A DNA stretch of 64,000 bases from Spirochaetia bacterium (GTDB taxonomy: Bacteria > Spirochaetota > Spirochaetia > CADAEX01), in assembly GCA_963662265.2 (NCBI GenBank), contig CAXXHA010000003.1, positions 1-64,000 on the forward strand, in the 5' to 3' direction. Both the position numbers and the translations under genes were made by a program. A model generated the notes under the pieces. That model saw nothing but the letters and a program-made list of their open reading frames with translations, searched no databases and was not told where the DNA came from. Positions 26,847 through 37,696 of this stretch are shown one piece after another; the stretch's first letter is position 1, and every line of letters starts with the position of its first letter.

Positions 26847-28676
26847 TCAGATCTCAAATATCTCATCCTGATAAAGATCACGTCCTGTTACGGAGCAGTA
26901 ATCTTTAACAGCTTTGGAAAGGTCAAAAGCAGAAACAAAATTGTCATCTGTTTCTGTAATCCTGTTTTCATAAAGATGTCTGAAGTTTTTGATTGTAGTG
27001 AGAATGGGATTGGCAGCTGTCTGCCCCAGGCCGCATCTGTTTGCAGCCATCATAGTACTCCAGGAGAGCATATCGGTAAGGTCTTTCATTCTGCCGTGTC
27101 TGGAAAGTATTTTCTCAAGTGTTATTTTGTACATCTGTGTGCATGCCCTGCACGGTGTACAGGACCCGCATGATTCCTCTATGAAAAACTCAATAAAGTT
27201 ATGTACAACATCACTGATAAGGTCTCTCTGGCTGTTGAAAATAATAAGGCTTCCGCCTGTAGCCAGGTCTTCATAGCCCAGTATTCTTGAAAAATCATCA
27301 GGCGCGATACAGGAACCGGAGGGTCCTCCAACCTGGACAGCCTGGATTTCATCAGGGTCTGCTCCCACCATATCAAGGACATCATTTACAGAAAATCCCC
27401 ATTCTATTTCATAAATTCCGGGATATCTGCAGTCTCCCGAAACACTCAGTATCTTGGTCCCCCTGGATTTTTCTGTTCCAAGCGATTTATACCAGTCAGG
27501 ACTGTTTATTATTATTTTTACAGCAGAGCATATTGTTTCCACATTGTTTACAACTGTCGGCTGTCCCAGGTATCCCTTTTCAACGGGAAAGGGCGGCCTG
27601 TCCCTCGGCTCGCCCCGTTTCCCTTCTGCCGATTCAATAAGGGCTGATTCTTCTCCGCATACATACGAACCTGCTCCGAACTGGATTCTTATATCAAAAT
27701 CAAAACCTTTTATCCCCCCCACATCTATCCCGAGGAGATTCCTGTTCCTCATTTCCTCAAGCTTGTGTTCCAGAAAGGCTTTCATGTAATGGTATTCATA
27801 CCGTATATATAGAATACTTTCCCTTGCACCTATTGCATAACCAGCAAGAGTCATCCCCTCGAAAATAAGTCTCGGGTATTCCGTCAGTAGGACGCGGTCC
27901 TTGAATGTTCCGGGTTCCCCTTCGTCTGCATTGCATATTACATAATGCCTGTCCCCTTCAGAGTTCCTGCAGAATTCCCATTTGAGTCCGGTCGGAAAAC
28001 CTGCGCCGCCCCGTCCCCGTATTCCCGAATTCTTGATAACTTCTATGACCCCTTCCGGCGTGATATTGCTTTCCCTGATTTTCTTCCATATTGAACCAGG
28101 TTCATATTCTGATAAAACAACAGCCCCTTTTTTCATTATATGGTTATTGACAGCTGAATTGAGATAGGGGTCAGAATTATTCCCGTCACCGAGCTCAGAA
28201 ACCTGCATGTCTCTGACATCCTTTCCTTTCCTCATATCGCTGACAATTTCCCTGACCCTGAAAGGGGTAAGCCTTGTAAATACTATTCCGTTTATAAGGG
28301 CAGCTGGTTCCTGATCGCTCATTCCAATACATGAGGAATCAAAAAGCCCTGCAAGTCCGTCACTTGAAACAGCGTTCCATTCACAGGAAAGCGCATCTTT
28401 AAAAGCTTTTACAACCTTGTCTCTCCCCATAAGATTGGCAACAAGACCGTTGTTGAGGTAAACATTGTATTTCCCCCCTTTTTCCATCCTGAAAAAATGG
28501 TAGAACGACAGGGTCTGCATAACATCCACAGCAGCTATATTGAGTTCAGATGTGATTTCACTTACAGCTTCCTGTGAGATATATCCGTACTGGTCCTGAA
28601 TGTCCAGAAGTATATCTATCAGGTTAGTAGGATTACCACCGTAATGTTCTACAATACCGGCAACAGAATTTTTCAT
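26847..28676 (-). CDS. hoxF: NAD-reducing hydrogenase diaphorase flavoprotein (fused NuoE/NuoF-like)
   Basis: GRGGAGFPTGLKW, NADEGEPGTFKDR, YVCGEESAL, ESCGSCTPCR and CGLGQ; N-terminal NuoE-like domain lacks most 2Fe-2S cysteines. Confidence 0.95.
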   Translation of the reverse strand: MKNSVAGIVEHYGGNPTNLIDILLDIQDQYGYISQEAVSEITSELNIAAVDVMQTLSFYHFFRMEKGGKYNVYLNNGLVANLMGRDKVVKAFKDALSCEWNAVSSDGLAGLFDSSCIGMSDQEPAALINGIVFTRLTPFRVREIVSDMRKGKDVRDMQVSELGDGNNSDPYLNSAVNNHIMKKGAVVLSEYEPGSIWKKIRESNITPEGVIEVIKNSGIRGRGGAGFPTGLKWEFCRNSEGDRHYVICNADEGEPGTFKDRVLLTEYPRLIFEGMTLAGYAIGARESILYIRYEYHYMKAFLEHKLEEMRNRNLLGIDVGGIKGFDFDIRIQFGAGSYVCGEESALIESAEGKRGEPRDRPPFPVEKGYLGQPTVVNNVETICSAVKIIINSPDWYKSLGTEKSRGTKILSVSGDCRYPGIYEIEWGFSVNDVLDMVGADPDEIQAVQVGGPSGSCIAPDDFSRILGYEDLATGGSLIIFNSQRDLISDVVHNFIEFFIEESCGSCTPCRACTQMYKITLEKILSRHGRMKDLTDMLSWSTMMAANRCGLGQTAANPILTTIKNFRHLYENRITETDDNFVSAFDLSKAVKDYCSVTGRDLYQDEIFEI

Positions 28677-28913
28677 AATTAAGCACTCCTTGATATATTT
28701 GATAGGTGCTGAAAAATATATGTAAGTTTATTTATACCCGGCAAAATTGATGGGACTGAATAGTTCCGGGCAGTCACATGGCAGGAACAAGTCTATCTAC
28801 ATAGTATGGTGATTAAATATCCTGTTGTCAAATTTATGCAGTTACAACAGATTTTTATTATGGATTTTATCTGAACATCAACTATCATTTAAAACGGGGT
28901 ATATGGAATTAAT

Positions 28914-31194
28914 ATGGGTATCCATTTAAGAACAGTTAAATGCAGCATTAAAGGGCTTGTTCAGGGGGTTGGTTTCAGGCCGTTTGTCTACAGAACCGCA
29001 AAAATGCTGAATCTGGCAGGTACAGTCTGCAACTGCTCAGATGGTGTTGAAATAGTGCTGCAGGGGATGGAAAAAAATATTGAAGAATTCATACTAACAG
29101 TCAAGACTTCATATCCCCCTGCATCAGAAATAGAAGATCTTGAATATAATATTGTCACGGGTAACTTCATATATGAAGATTTTACTATTGCTGAATCACA
29201 GTCATGTGATGGAAATATAACAGAAATAAGCCCTGATATTGCTGTGTGCCCCGATTGCCTTGATGATTTAAAGAAGCAGGAAAACAGGATTAACTATCCT
29301 TTTGTGAACTGCACCAACTGCGGTCCCCGTTTTTCAATAATAAAATCACTTCCCTATGACAGGTGCAGTACAACCATGTCTTTATTTGATATGTGCGGCA
29401 GCTGCAGAAATGAATATGAAAATCCTGAAGACAGAAGGTTCCACGCGCAGCCAGTTTCATGCCTCTCATGCGGCCCTGTATACAGGCTTCACATGAACGG
29501 AAGAACCGTAACGGAAACAGGGACAATTCTGAAAATTGCATCAGAGATGATAGATAACGGGAAAATTATCGCATTGAAAGGGCTCGGGGGATATCACCTG
29601 ATCTGCAATGCACTTGATCATTCTGCTGTTAAAAGGCTCCGGGAAATCAAAAAAAGGGAGAGTAAACCTTTTGCTGTAATGCTTCGAAATAAAGATACTG
29701 CGGAAAAGTATGTATTTATAAATGAAAGTGATTTTAAAGCTTTAAGCAGCTGGAGAAGGCCAATAGTTCTCTGCCCTGACAGGAGAATACTCCCTTCCGG
29801 AATAAATTGCAGCCTTTCAAAAACCGGAGCAATGCTTCCATATATGCCGTTTCATTACCTGCTTTTTGAGGAACTGGAAACAGACTGCATAGTTGCGACT
29901 TCAGGCAATTTTCACGGGGAACCTCTGATAACCAGACAATAACGAAGCGCTTGAAAAATTCCTTCCTGTCACCGATTGTGTGATTACCTACAACAGGGAC
30001 ATACAAAACAGATGTGATGATTCTGTCCTTTTCACATCTAAAGGGAAAATATCCCTTGTAAGAAGGTCCAGGGGATGGACACCGAGAAGCATTTCACTTG
30101 ATATGAAATGCGGCGGTATTCTTGCCACAGGGGCTGAGCTTAACAACACATTCTGTATAGGCCGGGGAAATAAGGCATTTTTAAGCCAGCATATTGGAGA
30201 TCTTAAATCATATGATACAGAAATGTTTTTCAGGGAATCTGTAAAAAGGTTTTCTGATCTGTTTAAGATTGAAATAAAAAAAATAGTCCATGATCTTCAC
30301 CCCGATTACCTGTCAACAAAATATGCCCTTGAATCAGGTCTCCCTTCAATAGCTGTCCAGCATCACTGGGCCCATATTGCATCGACGCTGGCAGAACACA
30401 GGATAAACAGAAAGGTTTCTGGATTTGCCTTTGACGGAACAGGTTACGGAATAGACGGCGCTGTATGGGGAGGAGAAGTTCTTATCTGCGATCTTCAAAG
30501 TTTTGAAAGATATTCACATCTTGATTATGTGATGCTGCCTGGAGGAGATTCTGCAGTTAACGAGCCGTGGAGGATGGGGCTCTCATATCTTATCAGGGCT
30601 TTCGGTTATGACTGCTTTGGTCTTAAACTTCCTCTTTTTGAGGTAATCGGGAAAAGGGAGATAAAAACAGTAACAGCAATGATTGAAAACAGAATCAATA
30701 CCCCCCGGACATCCAGTATGGGAAGACTTTTTGATGCGGTTTCTGCAATAACAGGACTTTGTTTCTATTCCGGTTTTGAATCTGAAGCTGCAATGCGGCT
30801 TGAAAGCGAGGCAGATAAAGCATGTTGCGGCATAAAAACAGAAGACTGTTATTCATTCCATCTGAACAGAAACAATGCAATAGATGTTACACCTGTTATA
30901 AAATCAGTCGCCGAAGATACAGTTTCCGGCATTCCTGCAGCTGAAATATCTTTAAAATTTCATAATACAATAGCTGAAATAATCTTGTTCATGGCTGAGA
31001 AAATACGGGATGAAATAGGCATTAATTCTGTTTCTCTTTCAGGCGGAGTTTTTTACAACAGGCTGCTTCTTTCCTCTGCAGAAAACAGACTTTCAAATGC
31101 AGGGTTTGAAATATATTCAAACAGAGAAGTTCCTTCAGGTGACGGCGGTATTTCTCTCGGACAGTTTGCAATTGCAGCTGCAGGTGGAAATTGA
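28914..31194 (+). CDS. hypF: Carbamoyltransferase HypF (one apparent +1 frameshift near 29932)
   Basis: GLVQGVGFRPF, zinc fingers CPDC/CTNCGPR, RRFHAQP, HDLHPDY, QHHWAH, DGTGYG and GDGGISLGQ across two ORFs. Confidence 0.92.
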
Positions 31195-31282
31195 TTTTTT
31201 TTCTACTAAACATGAAAACTCTATACTATAATTTTTATAGATAACTGCTGATTAAATCAGAATTCAGCGAAACGGAGGGATT

Positions 31283-31500
31283 ATGTGTCTTGCAGTCCCG
31301 GGACAGATTATTGAAATAGGAAAAGAGAGGGCGCGGGTTTCTATTAACGGTGTAGTTTACGATGCAGGTATAGCGCTTATGGAGAATCTTTCTGTCAACG
31401 ACTGGGTACTGATGCATGCAGGCTTTATAATAGAAAAAATTGATACAGAAGAGGCTGAAAAGACCTTGAAGCAATAAGAAAATACACAAACCTGATTTAA
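31283..31500 (+). CDS. hypC: Hydrogenase chaperone HypC (as read, ORF stops at 31477; one added C extends it to 31500)
   Basis: MCLAVPG and LMHAGF. Confidence 0.93.
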
Positions 31501-31502
31501 AT

Positions 31503-32585
31503 ATGAATATAGAAAAAGAATATAGCCGGAAAGAAATTATCCAATCCATTCTGACAGAAATAAATAATTATAAACAATTCAAAGTCAGAATGATGGAAGT
31601 CTGCGGCGGACATACCATGTCTATCCATAAACATGGTATACATTCCCTTCTGCCAGACAACATTACGCTTCTTTCAGGACCTGGATGTCCTGTTTGTGTT
31701 ACAGGTACAGAATACATAGACAGGGCAATAGCCATGTCATATAACAGGGATGTTATTATAACTACCTATGGAGATCTTATAAGGGTCCCCGGTTCTGAAA
31801 AATCGCTTCAGGATGCGAGGTCTGAAAACAATAATATAAGAATAGTCTATTCAACACTTGATGCACTGAAAATAGCCGAACAAAACCCTGAAAAAAAGAC
31901 TGTTTTCCTGGGTATCGGATTTGAGACAACTTCTCCCGCGTCAGGTGCAGCAATACTTGAGGCGGAGAAAAAAGGGATTGATAATTTTTATCTGTATTCT
32001 TCCCACAAGATAATGCAGCCTGCAATGGAAGCTCTTGTTTGCAGCGGGGAATCAGATATCTCCGCATATATTTGCCCGGGACATGTGAGTGTAATAACAG
32101 GCACATCAATATACATGAAGATTGCATCTGAATACAGAATACCATGCGTAGTATCGGGGTTCGAACCTGCAGACATACTCAATGCAGTCCTCTATATCCT
32201 GAGGCAGATAGCAGAAAACAGGAGCGAGGTTGAGATAGCATACAGGAGGGCAGTAACAGAGAAAGGCAATGTAAGGGCCAGGGAAGTCCTTGAAAAAGTC
32301 TTTGAAAAGTCTGATTCAAACTGGAGAGGTCTCGGTGTAATTCCGGGCAGCGGATTGAAACTTAAGGCACAATACAGTAAGAGGGATGCTGAAATTATGA
32401 TACCGGCGGAAATATCTCTCTCTTCGGAAAAAAAAGGGTGTATATGCGGATCAATCTTGAGAGGGATAAAGACCCCTTCTGAGTGTCCCCTTTTCGGATC
32501 AGTATGCACTCCGTCAAATCCGGCCGGGGCATGCATGGTTTCATCTGAAGGGAGCTGCGCCGCCTGGTACAGGTACAAACGATGA
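31503..32585 (+). CDS. hypD: Hydrogenase maturation protein HypD
   Basis: MEVCGGHT, GPGCPVC, GFETT, PGHVS and CMVSSEGSCAAWY. Confidence 0.97.
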   Translation: MNIEKEYSRKEIIQSILTEINNYKQFKVRMMEVCGGHTMSIHKHGIHSLLPDNITLLSGPGCPVCVTGTEYIDRAIAMSYNRDVIITTYGDLIRVPGSEKSLQDARSENNNIRIVYSTLDALKIAEQNPEKKTVFLGIGFETTSPASGAAILEAEKKGIDNFYLYSSHKIMQPAMEALVCSGESDISAYICPGHVSVITGTSIYMKIASEYRIPCVVSGFEPADILNAVLYILRQIAENRSEVEIAYRRAVTEKGNVRAREVLEKVFEKSDSNWRGLGVIPGSGLKLKAQYSKRDAEIMIPAEISLSSEKKGCICGSILRGIKTPSECPLFGSVCTPSNPAGACMVSSEGSCAAWYRYKR

Positions 32586-33625
32586 TAAACAATAACGGAA
32601 AAATACTTCTTGAACACGGATCAGGGGGGGAGCTTACAAACAGAATTATAAATGATATTTTCCTTTCCCAATACTATCCATCTGGAAATACAGGCAGAAT
32701 CCGGAAAAATCAGACAGACAGCGCAATACTTGAATTTGATGGCAGTATAATTTCATTTACAACTGACAGCTATGTGATTAAACCGCTTTTTTTCCCCGGC
32801 GGTGATATCGGTAAACTTTCGGTATGCGGAACAGTTAATGATATTGCTGTATCAGGTGCTGTTCCGAAATACATATCTGCATCGTTTGTCATAGAAGAGG
32901 GCTTCCCTGTCAGCGATCTTGAAAAAGTCGCCAGGTCCCAGGCATCAGCAGCTCTTGAAGCGGGGGTGGAAATTGTATGCGGAGATACCAAGGTAGTTGA
33001 AGAAGGATCCTGTGACGGATTATTTATAAACACATCGGGAATAGGATTTCTGGAAAACAGGTTCAGAGGCAATCTCAACTGCAGATAGCCTTGAAACGGG
33101 AGATGTCATTATTGTGTCCGGATGCATAGGAAGCCACGGCACTGCTGTTCTTGCTGCAAGGGAAAATCTCCCCTTCAGTTCTGATGTGGTTTCAGACTGC
33201 GCGCCTCTCTCCCCCGATGATAAGGGAGCTTCTTGAAAATGTTCCCCGATATTGTATTTATGCGGGATGCAACAAGGGGGGGGGATTGCCACAGTGCTTT
33301 GTGAACTGTCGGAAATGACAGGATCTGATCTGAAAATCAGCGAGGATAAAAATACCTTATGACAGCCAGGTCAGGGCACTCACAGATATACTGGGTCTTG
33401 ATCCGCTCTATCTTGCAAATGAGGGGACAATAATAATTGCCTGCGAAAAAAGGGACAGAGGAAAAAGTCCTCTCTGTGCTGGGAAATAACAGATACGGGA
33501 GAAGATGCGCCGTGATAGGTGAGGTTACAGGCCGAGAAGGTGGAAAAGTACTTCTTGAAACTGTGATAGGCGGGAAGAGGCGTTTATACAGGCTGACAGG
33601 GTTTCAGCTGCCGAGAATATGCTAG
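32582..33625 (+). CDS. hypE: Carbamoyl dehydratase HypE (several apparent homopolymer frameshifts)
   Basis: HGSGG, TTDSYV, GTVND, GDTKVV, then in other frames MRDATRGG, LYLANEG and the terminal QLPRIC. Confidence 0.9.
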
Positions 33626-33847
33626 GATCGTGAAAAACAGCAGCTAAAGTGGTTTCATATGGGCAGGGAAGGAAAAGATCTGATGCTGTCAGCCGGACGC
33701 GGTATTCCAGGTACCCCCTGTGGTACAGGATTGCCTTCAGGGTGCAGGGGGGGGGGGACAGGTTATTTCCCCGGATAACAGCAGGTGTACCTTTATATAG
33801 ATAATACTGCCTTGAGGTTGGAGATATAGCAGGTGAGGATGTAGTAA

Positions 33848-34192
33848 TTGCATGAGATAAGTTTGATGGAAAGGCTTTTTGAAATACTCGATAATATTAT
33901 AAAGGAAAACAGCCTTAAGAGTATCAGCAGCATTACAGTCTCGATAGGGGAGATGAGGCAGGTAATACCTGAGTCATTCAGGCTTGCCTTTCTCTCACTG
34001 AAAAAAGATACCGCAGCTGAAAAAGCGGACCTTATAATGGAGTTTGTTCCTGTTAAGATCCGCTGCAGTATCTGCGGCAGGGAAAGCCGGGTAAAAGATA
34101 ATATATACCTGTGCCCCTTCTGCAGTTCGGTTGATACTGAAGTTACTGAAGGGGATGAAATAACAATAAAACATATTGAAGCTGAAAAATGA
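33848..34192 (+). CDS. hypA: Nickel metallochaperone HypA
   Basis: MHE start (TTG), CSIC and CPFC zinc site. Confidence 0.95.
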   Translation: MHEISLMERLFEILDNIIKENSLKSISSITVSIGEMRQVIPESFRLAFLSLKKDTAAEKADLIMEFVPVKIRCSICGRESRVKDNIYLCPFCSSVDTEVTEGDEITIKHIEAEK

Positions 34193-34228
34193 GACTCTTT
34201 TGAATATTTATGAAAAGGAGATTTAGTA

Positions 34229-34880
34229 ATGATTATAGAGATTAATCAGGACCTTTTTGAAGCAAACAACATACAGGCGGAAATCAACAGAAAACTGCTT
34301 ACAGAGCGGCAGGTACTCATGCTTGACCTTGTCGGATCACCGGGATCAGGTAAAACAACGCTTCTCGAAAAGACAATTGAAGCACTCAAGGATAAATACT
34401 CTATCGCAGTTATTGAGGGAGATGTCAGCACAAAAAGGGATGCCCAGCGCCTTGAAAAACACGGCATACCATTGATATCTGTAAACACAAATGGAGCCTG
34501 CCATATTGAATCAGTAATAATAGATAATGCGCTTTCACAGCTTGATCTTGATAATACAGATATAATCTTTGTTGAAAATGTGGGAAAACCTTGTATGTCC
34601 TGCGGAATTTGATCTGGGTGAATATGGCAAGATCGCGGTAATAAGCACACCTGAAGGTGATGACAAACCGATGAAATATCCTCTCATATTCAGGAAGGCT
34701 AAAGTTATACTCCTGAACAAGATTGATCTCAATCCCCACCTTGATTTCAGTTACGAGAATTTTGAAAATGATGTGATGAATTTAAACAGTAAGGAGAACA
34801 TAATACAGCTGTCAGCAAAAACAGGTGATGGATTTCATGAATGGATTGATTTCATAAAAAGCAGGACTTCTTCAGAATAA
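34229..34880 (+). CDS. hypB: GTPase HypB (apparent +1 frameshift in the A-run at 34585-34588)
   Basis: GSPGSGKT, IEGD, GACH, ENVG|NLVCPAEFDLGE, KYP, NKID and SAKTG. Confidence 0.93.
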
Positions 34881-34910
34881 TATCTGTTGATAATAAGCTT
34901 TATAAATTTC

Positions 34911-35541
34911 CTATTTTTCGAGAATTACTGTTTTTCCTCCTGTTCTCTCCATATAGACAATCCTGTCTGCAATCTCGTTTGCAATCCTTGTATCATGTGT
35001 GACATGAAGCACTGTACGCTTTTCCTTTCTGAAGAGTTCTTTCATCAATACTGCCATCCTGTCCTTCAGCCTGTCATCAAGAGATGAAAAAGGCTCATCC
35101 ATCAGAAACAGGGATGCATTTTTCCCGAGAGCCCTTGCAAGCGATACCCTTCTCTCCATTCCCCCGGACAGTTCCGCCGGGTAGCTTTGTTCGAACCCTT
35201 TAAGCCCCACTTTCCTGATCAGCTCCATCCCTTTTTGTTTTCTTATCTTTTCCGGCATATGGGTGTCCATTAAATAGCTTACATTACCGATAACATTCAT
35301 CCATGGAAGAAGCCGGGATTCCTGGAACAGGAATGCTACTTTCCCTGTTGTATCAGGAGATATTGTCCCTGTGTCAGGTTTTACAGTTCCTGCAAGAAGG
35401 TTAAGAAGTGTTGTTTTTCCGCATCCTGACGGGCCTAAGAGGCATGTGATTTTTCCCCTCCTCCAGTGTGAAGTCGAGGTCCTCAAAAATATTTATTCCC
35501 GGATAGGACTTGCAGATGTTTTTCATTTCAAGTTTCATCAT
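34911..35541 (-). CDS. NitT/TauT-type ABC ATP-binding protein (apparent +1 frameshift near 35450)
   Basis: MMKLEMKNICKSY...EG|KITCLLGPSGCGKT, FQESRLLPW, LSGGM and MDEPF. Confidence 0.88.
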
Positions 35542-35645
35542 GGGCTCCGTTGTCAATTACTTCAGGATGTATACCTGCAAAACAGCTTTGAATAATACCT
35601 GGACAGCTTAATTTGCAATAAACAAGGTTCACAAAACATATAACT

Positions 35646-36419
35646 TCAAGTTCCATTTCTTTTCTCCAGGTCCCTGCTTACTTTCAGATTTGCAAACCTC
35701 TGAATCATGTGTTCAAACAGCGATGATGCAGCTATCATGAATACGCACCATGCCATCACTGCCGCTGTATTGAGCTGGGCCCTTTCTATCTGAAATACTG
35801 TGCCTATGGCCCTGTCAGGCTGGCTCAGTACTTCTGCTGTTATCATTACCTTGAATCCCAGCCCAAGCGAGGTGATTGTTCCTGTCTTCAGGAATGGAAA
35901 CATGGAGGGGATATAGAAATATTTCAGCTGTCTCCTGAAATGTATCTGATGTACTTTATGGAAGACTATGAGCTTCTTATCTATGTTGTGAATTCCGCCA
36001 ACAACACTCCTGTAGAGAATCGGGAAAATAATCAGTGATGTTACAAAGATGGGAGTAAGTTCTGAATCAAGCCATATGAGCGAAAGAAGTATGATCCCCA
36101 TTGTGGGAACTGTTCTAACCGCGGATTCAACCGGCCTTACAGCCTGTTCAAAATTGTCATTGATGCCTGCAGGTATACCTGCTGCAAGAGCGAGTATAAG
36201 GTCAAGAATAAATGTTATCATTATTCTTGACAGGGTTGAGAATATTACGGTCCATGCTGTACTGCTTGTGAGTATTACTGCAAGCTCTCTTCCTACCGAG
36301 ACAATAGAGGGTATTATTATTTCCTGGTCAACAGCAGCAGAGACTGCCTCCCATATAACAAGGAGGCTTATTATTGAGATCCAGTAGCTCTTACCTGCTT
36401 TTGAAGTAGAACCTGTCAT
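35646..36419 (-). CDS. NitT/TauT/SsuC-type ABC permease
   Basis: TM helices, RTVP and FKVMITAEVL; start MTGSTSK overlaps the binding-protein gene end. Confidence 0.88.
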   Translation of the reverse strand: MTGSTSKAGKSYWISIISLLVIWEAVSAAVDQEIIIPSIVSVGRELAVILTSSTAWTVIFSTLSRIMITFILDLILALAAGIPAGINDNFEQAVRPVESAVRTVPTMGIILLSLIWLDSELTPIFVTSLIIFPILYRSVVGGIHNIDKKLIVFHKVHQIHFRRQLKYFYIPSMFPFLKTGTITSLGLGFKVMITAEVLSQPDRAIGTVFQIERAQLNTAAVMAWCVFMIAASSLFEHMIQRFANLKVSRDLEKRNGT

Positions 36420-37378
36420 CAGGCAGTTTACCCCCCACAGAGTCAGGATTTGATTCATAGAGAACACTGAAATATTCTTCCATTGATTTTTTTGCATCCG
36501 CCGCATTAACCCACTTCAGGTTTCCCCCGGGTATTGATTTTGCAATAATCGGAGCAGGAGGCGCCTGTAAAAATGATGATGCCTTTTCTCCAGCGGATGC
36601 AGGATCTGAATTTATCTTTTCAACAGATTCTGAATACTGCCTTATAAATTCCTTGATCAGCCCGGGATATTTTTCAGCTGTCTCCGCTTTTACAAACAGA
36701 GATGCCTGCGGATAACTCTGTGAATCACCTGATATTTTTTTCCACTCTTCCTGAAGATCAATAATGACTCTGGCATCAGGTTTTTTTGTTCTTACAAGTG
36801 AAAATGCAGGTTCAGGCATCATTGATATTGAAGATTTCCCTGATATAAAGGAGGGGGCAAGTTCGGATGTATTCTGCACATACTTGAGTTTGACATCTTT
36901 TTCAGGGTCAATCCCGTTTATTTCGAGGAGGTGCCGGGTAATTATATCAGGGCTCAATCCTCTTCCAAGCATTGCTATTTCCCTCCCTTTAAGATCATCC
37001 CAGCCGGAAATATCTTCTGCTGATACAATGTAGAGTATTCCCCAGATAACAGTCCCCGCATATTTAATATCTATACCCTTGTTGTACAGTTTTGCTCCCA
37101 GTATTGAAGGTGCAAGAAAAAGATCAGCATCCCCTGAAATTACTTTTGAAGCAAGAAGATCGGGAGATTCAAGTATGCTGTATTCAAGACTTATATTGTC
37201 ATCAAACTGCCTGTTCTCTGAAATCAGTTCAGCAAGTGATATTGCTGTAAAACCTGTAGGTGTGACCAGTGTAAGTTTAACAGGCTCTTCCTGTTTAGTT
37301 TTTATTTTCACTCTCTCCCCCTGCATGGATAAATGAAACTGCAAAAAATACTGTCAGCAGTAGAATAAGTTTTTTCAT
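36391..37378 (-). CDS. NitT/TauT/SsuA-like ABC substrate-binding protein (frameshift just after the signal peptide)
   Basis: Signal MKKLILLLTVFFAVSFIHAGG in another frame from 37378; LYNKG, DLKGREI, PDII and PEP. Confidence 0.85.
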
Positions 37379-37696
37379 GGGACCTCCCTGATATCATAAG
37401 CCATTTACAATATCTATTATAACTATTGATTTCCGACATTCAATCACAGATTTTAAAAAGTTATAAAATATTGATATGCTCCTGGCTGTTTACAGTAATT
37501 ATCATTGGTAAGTTCCTGAATACCCTGGTTTTGTATTTATGAAATGTGCTGTTAATAGTTTAAATCAGGTGATTTTCCCTCCATATTTCTGAGTCTGAAA
37601 CATGTTTCCTGATGGCAGACGGTTAAAAATAAGATGATTATGAGACAAAAACAGATGTTTTTGATGTTATAATATAGATACATTCAAGGAGTCTTC

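Noticed and set aside
28820-28850. Rex operator in the hoxF-hypF divergent region
   Set aside because: Only a weak half-site resemblance to TTGTGAA-N4-TTCACAA
28914-34880. hyp genes as true pseudogenes
   Set aside because: Lesions are single-base homopolymer indels with intact motifs and also hit unrelated neighbours, so sequencing error is more likely
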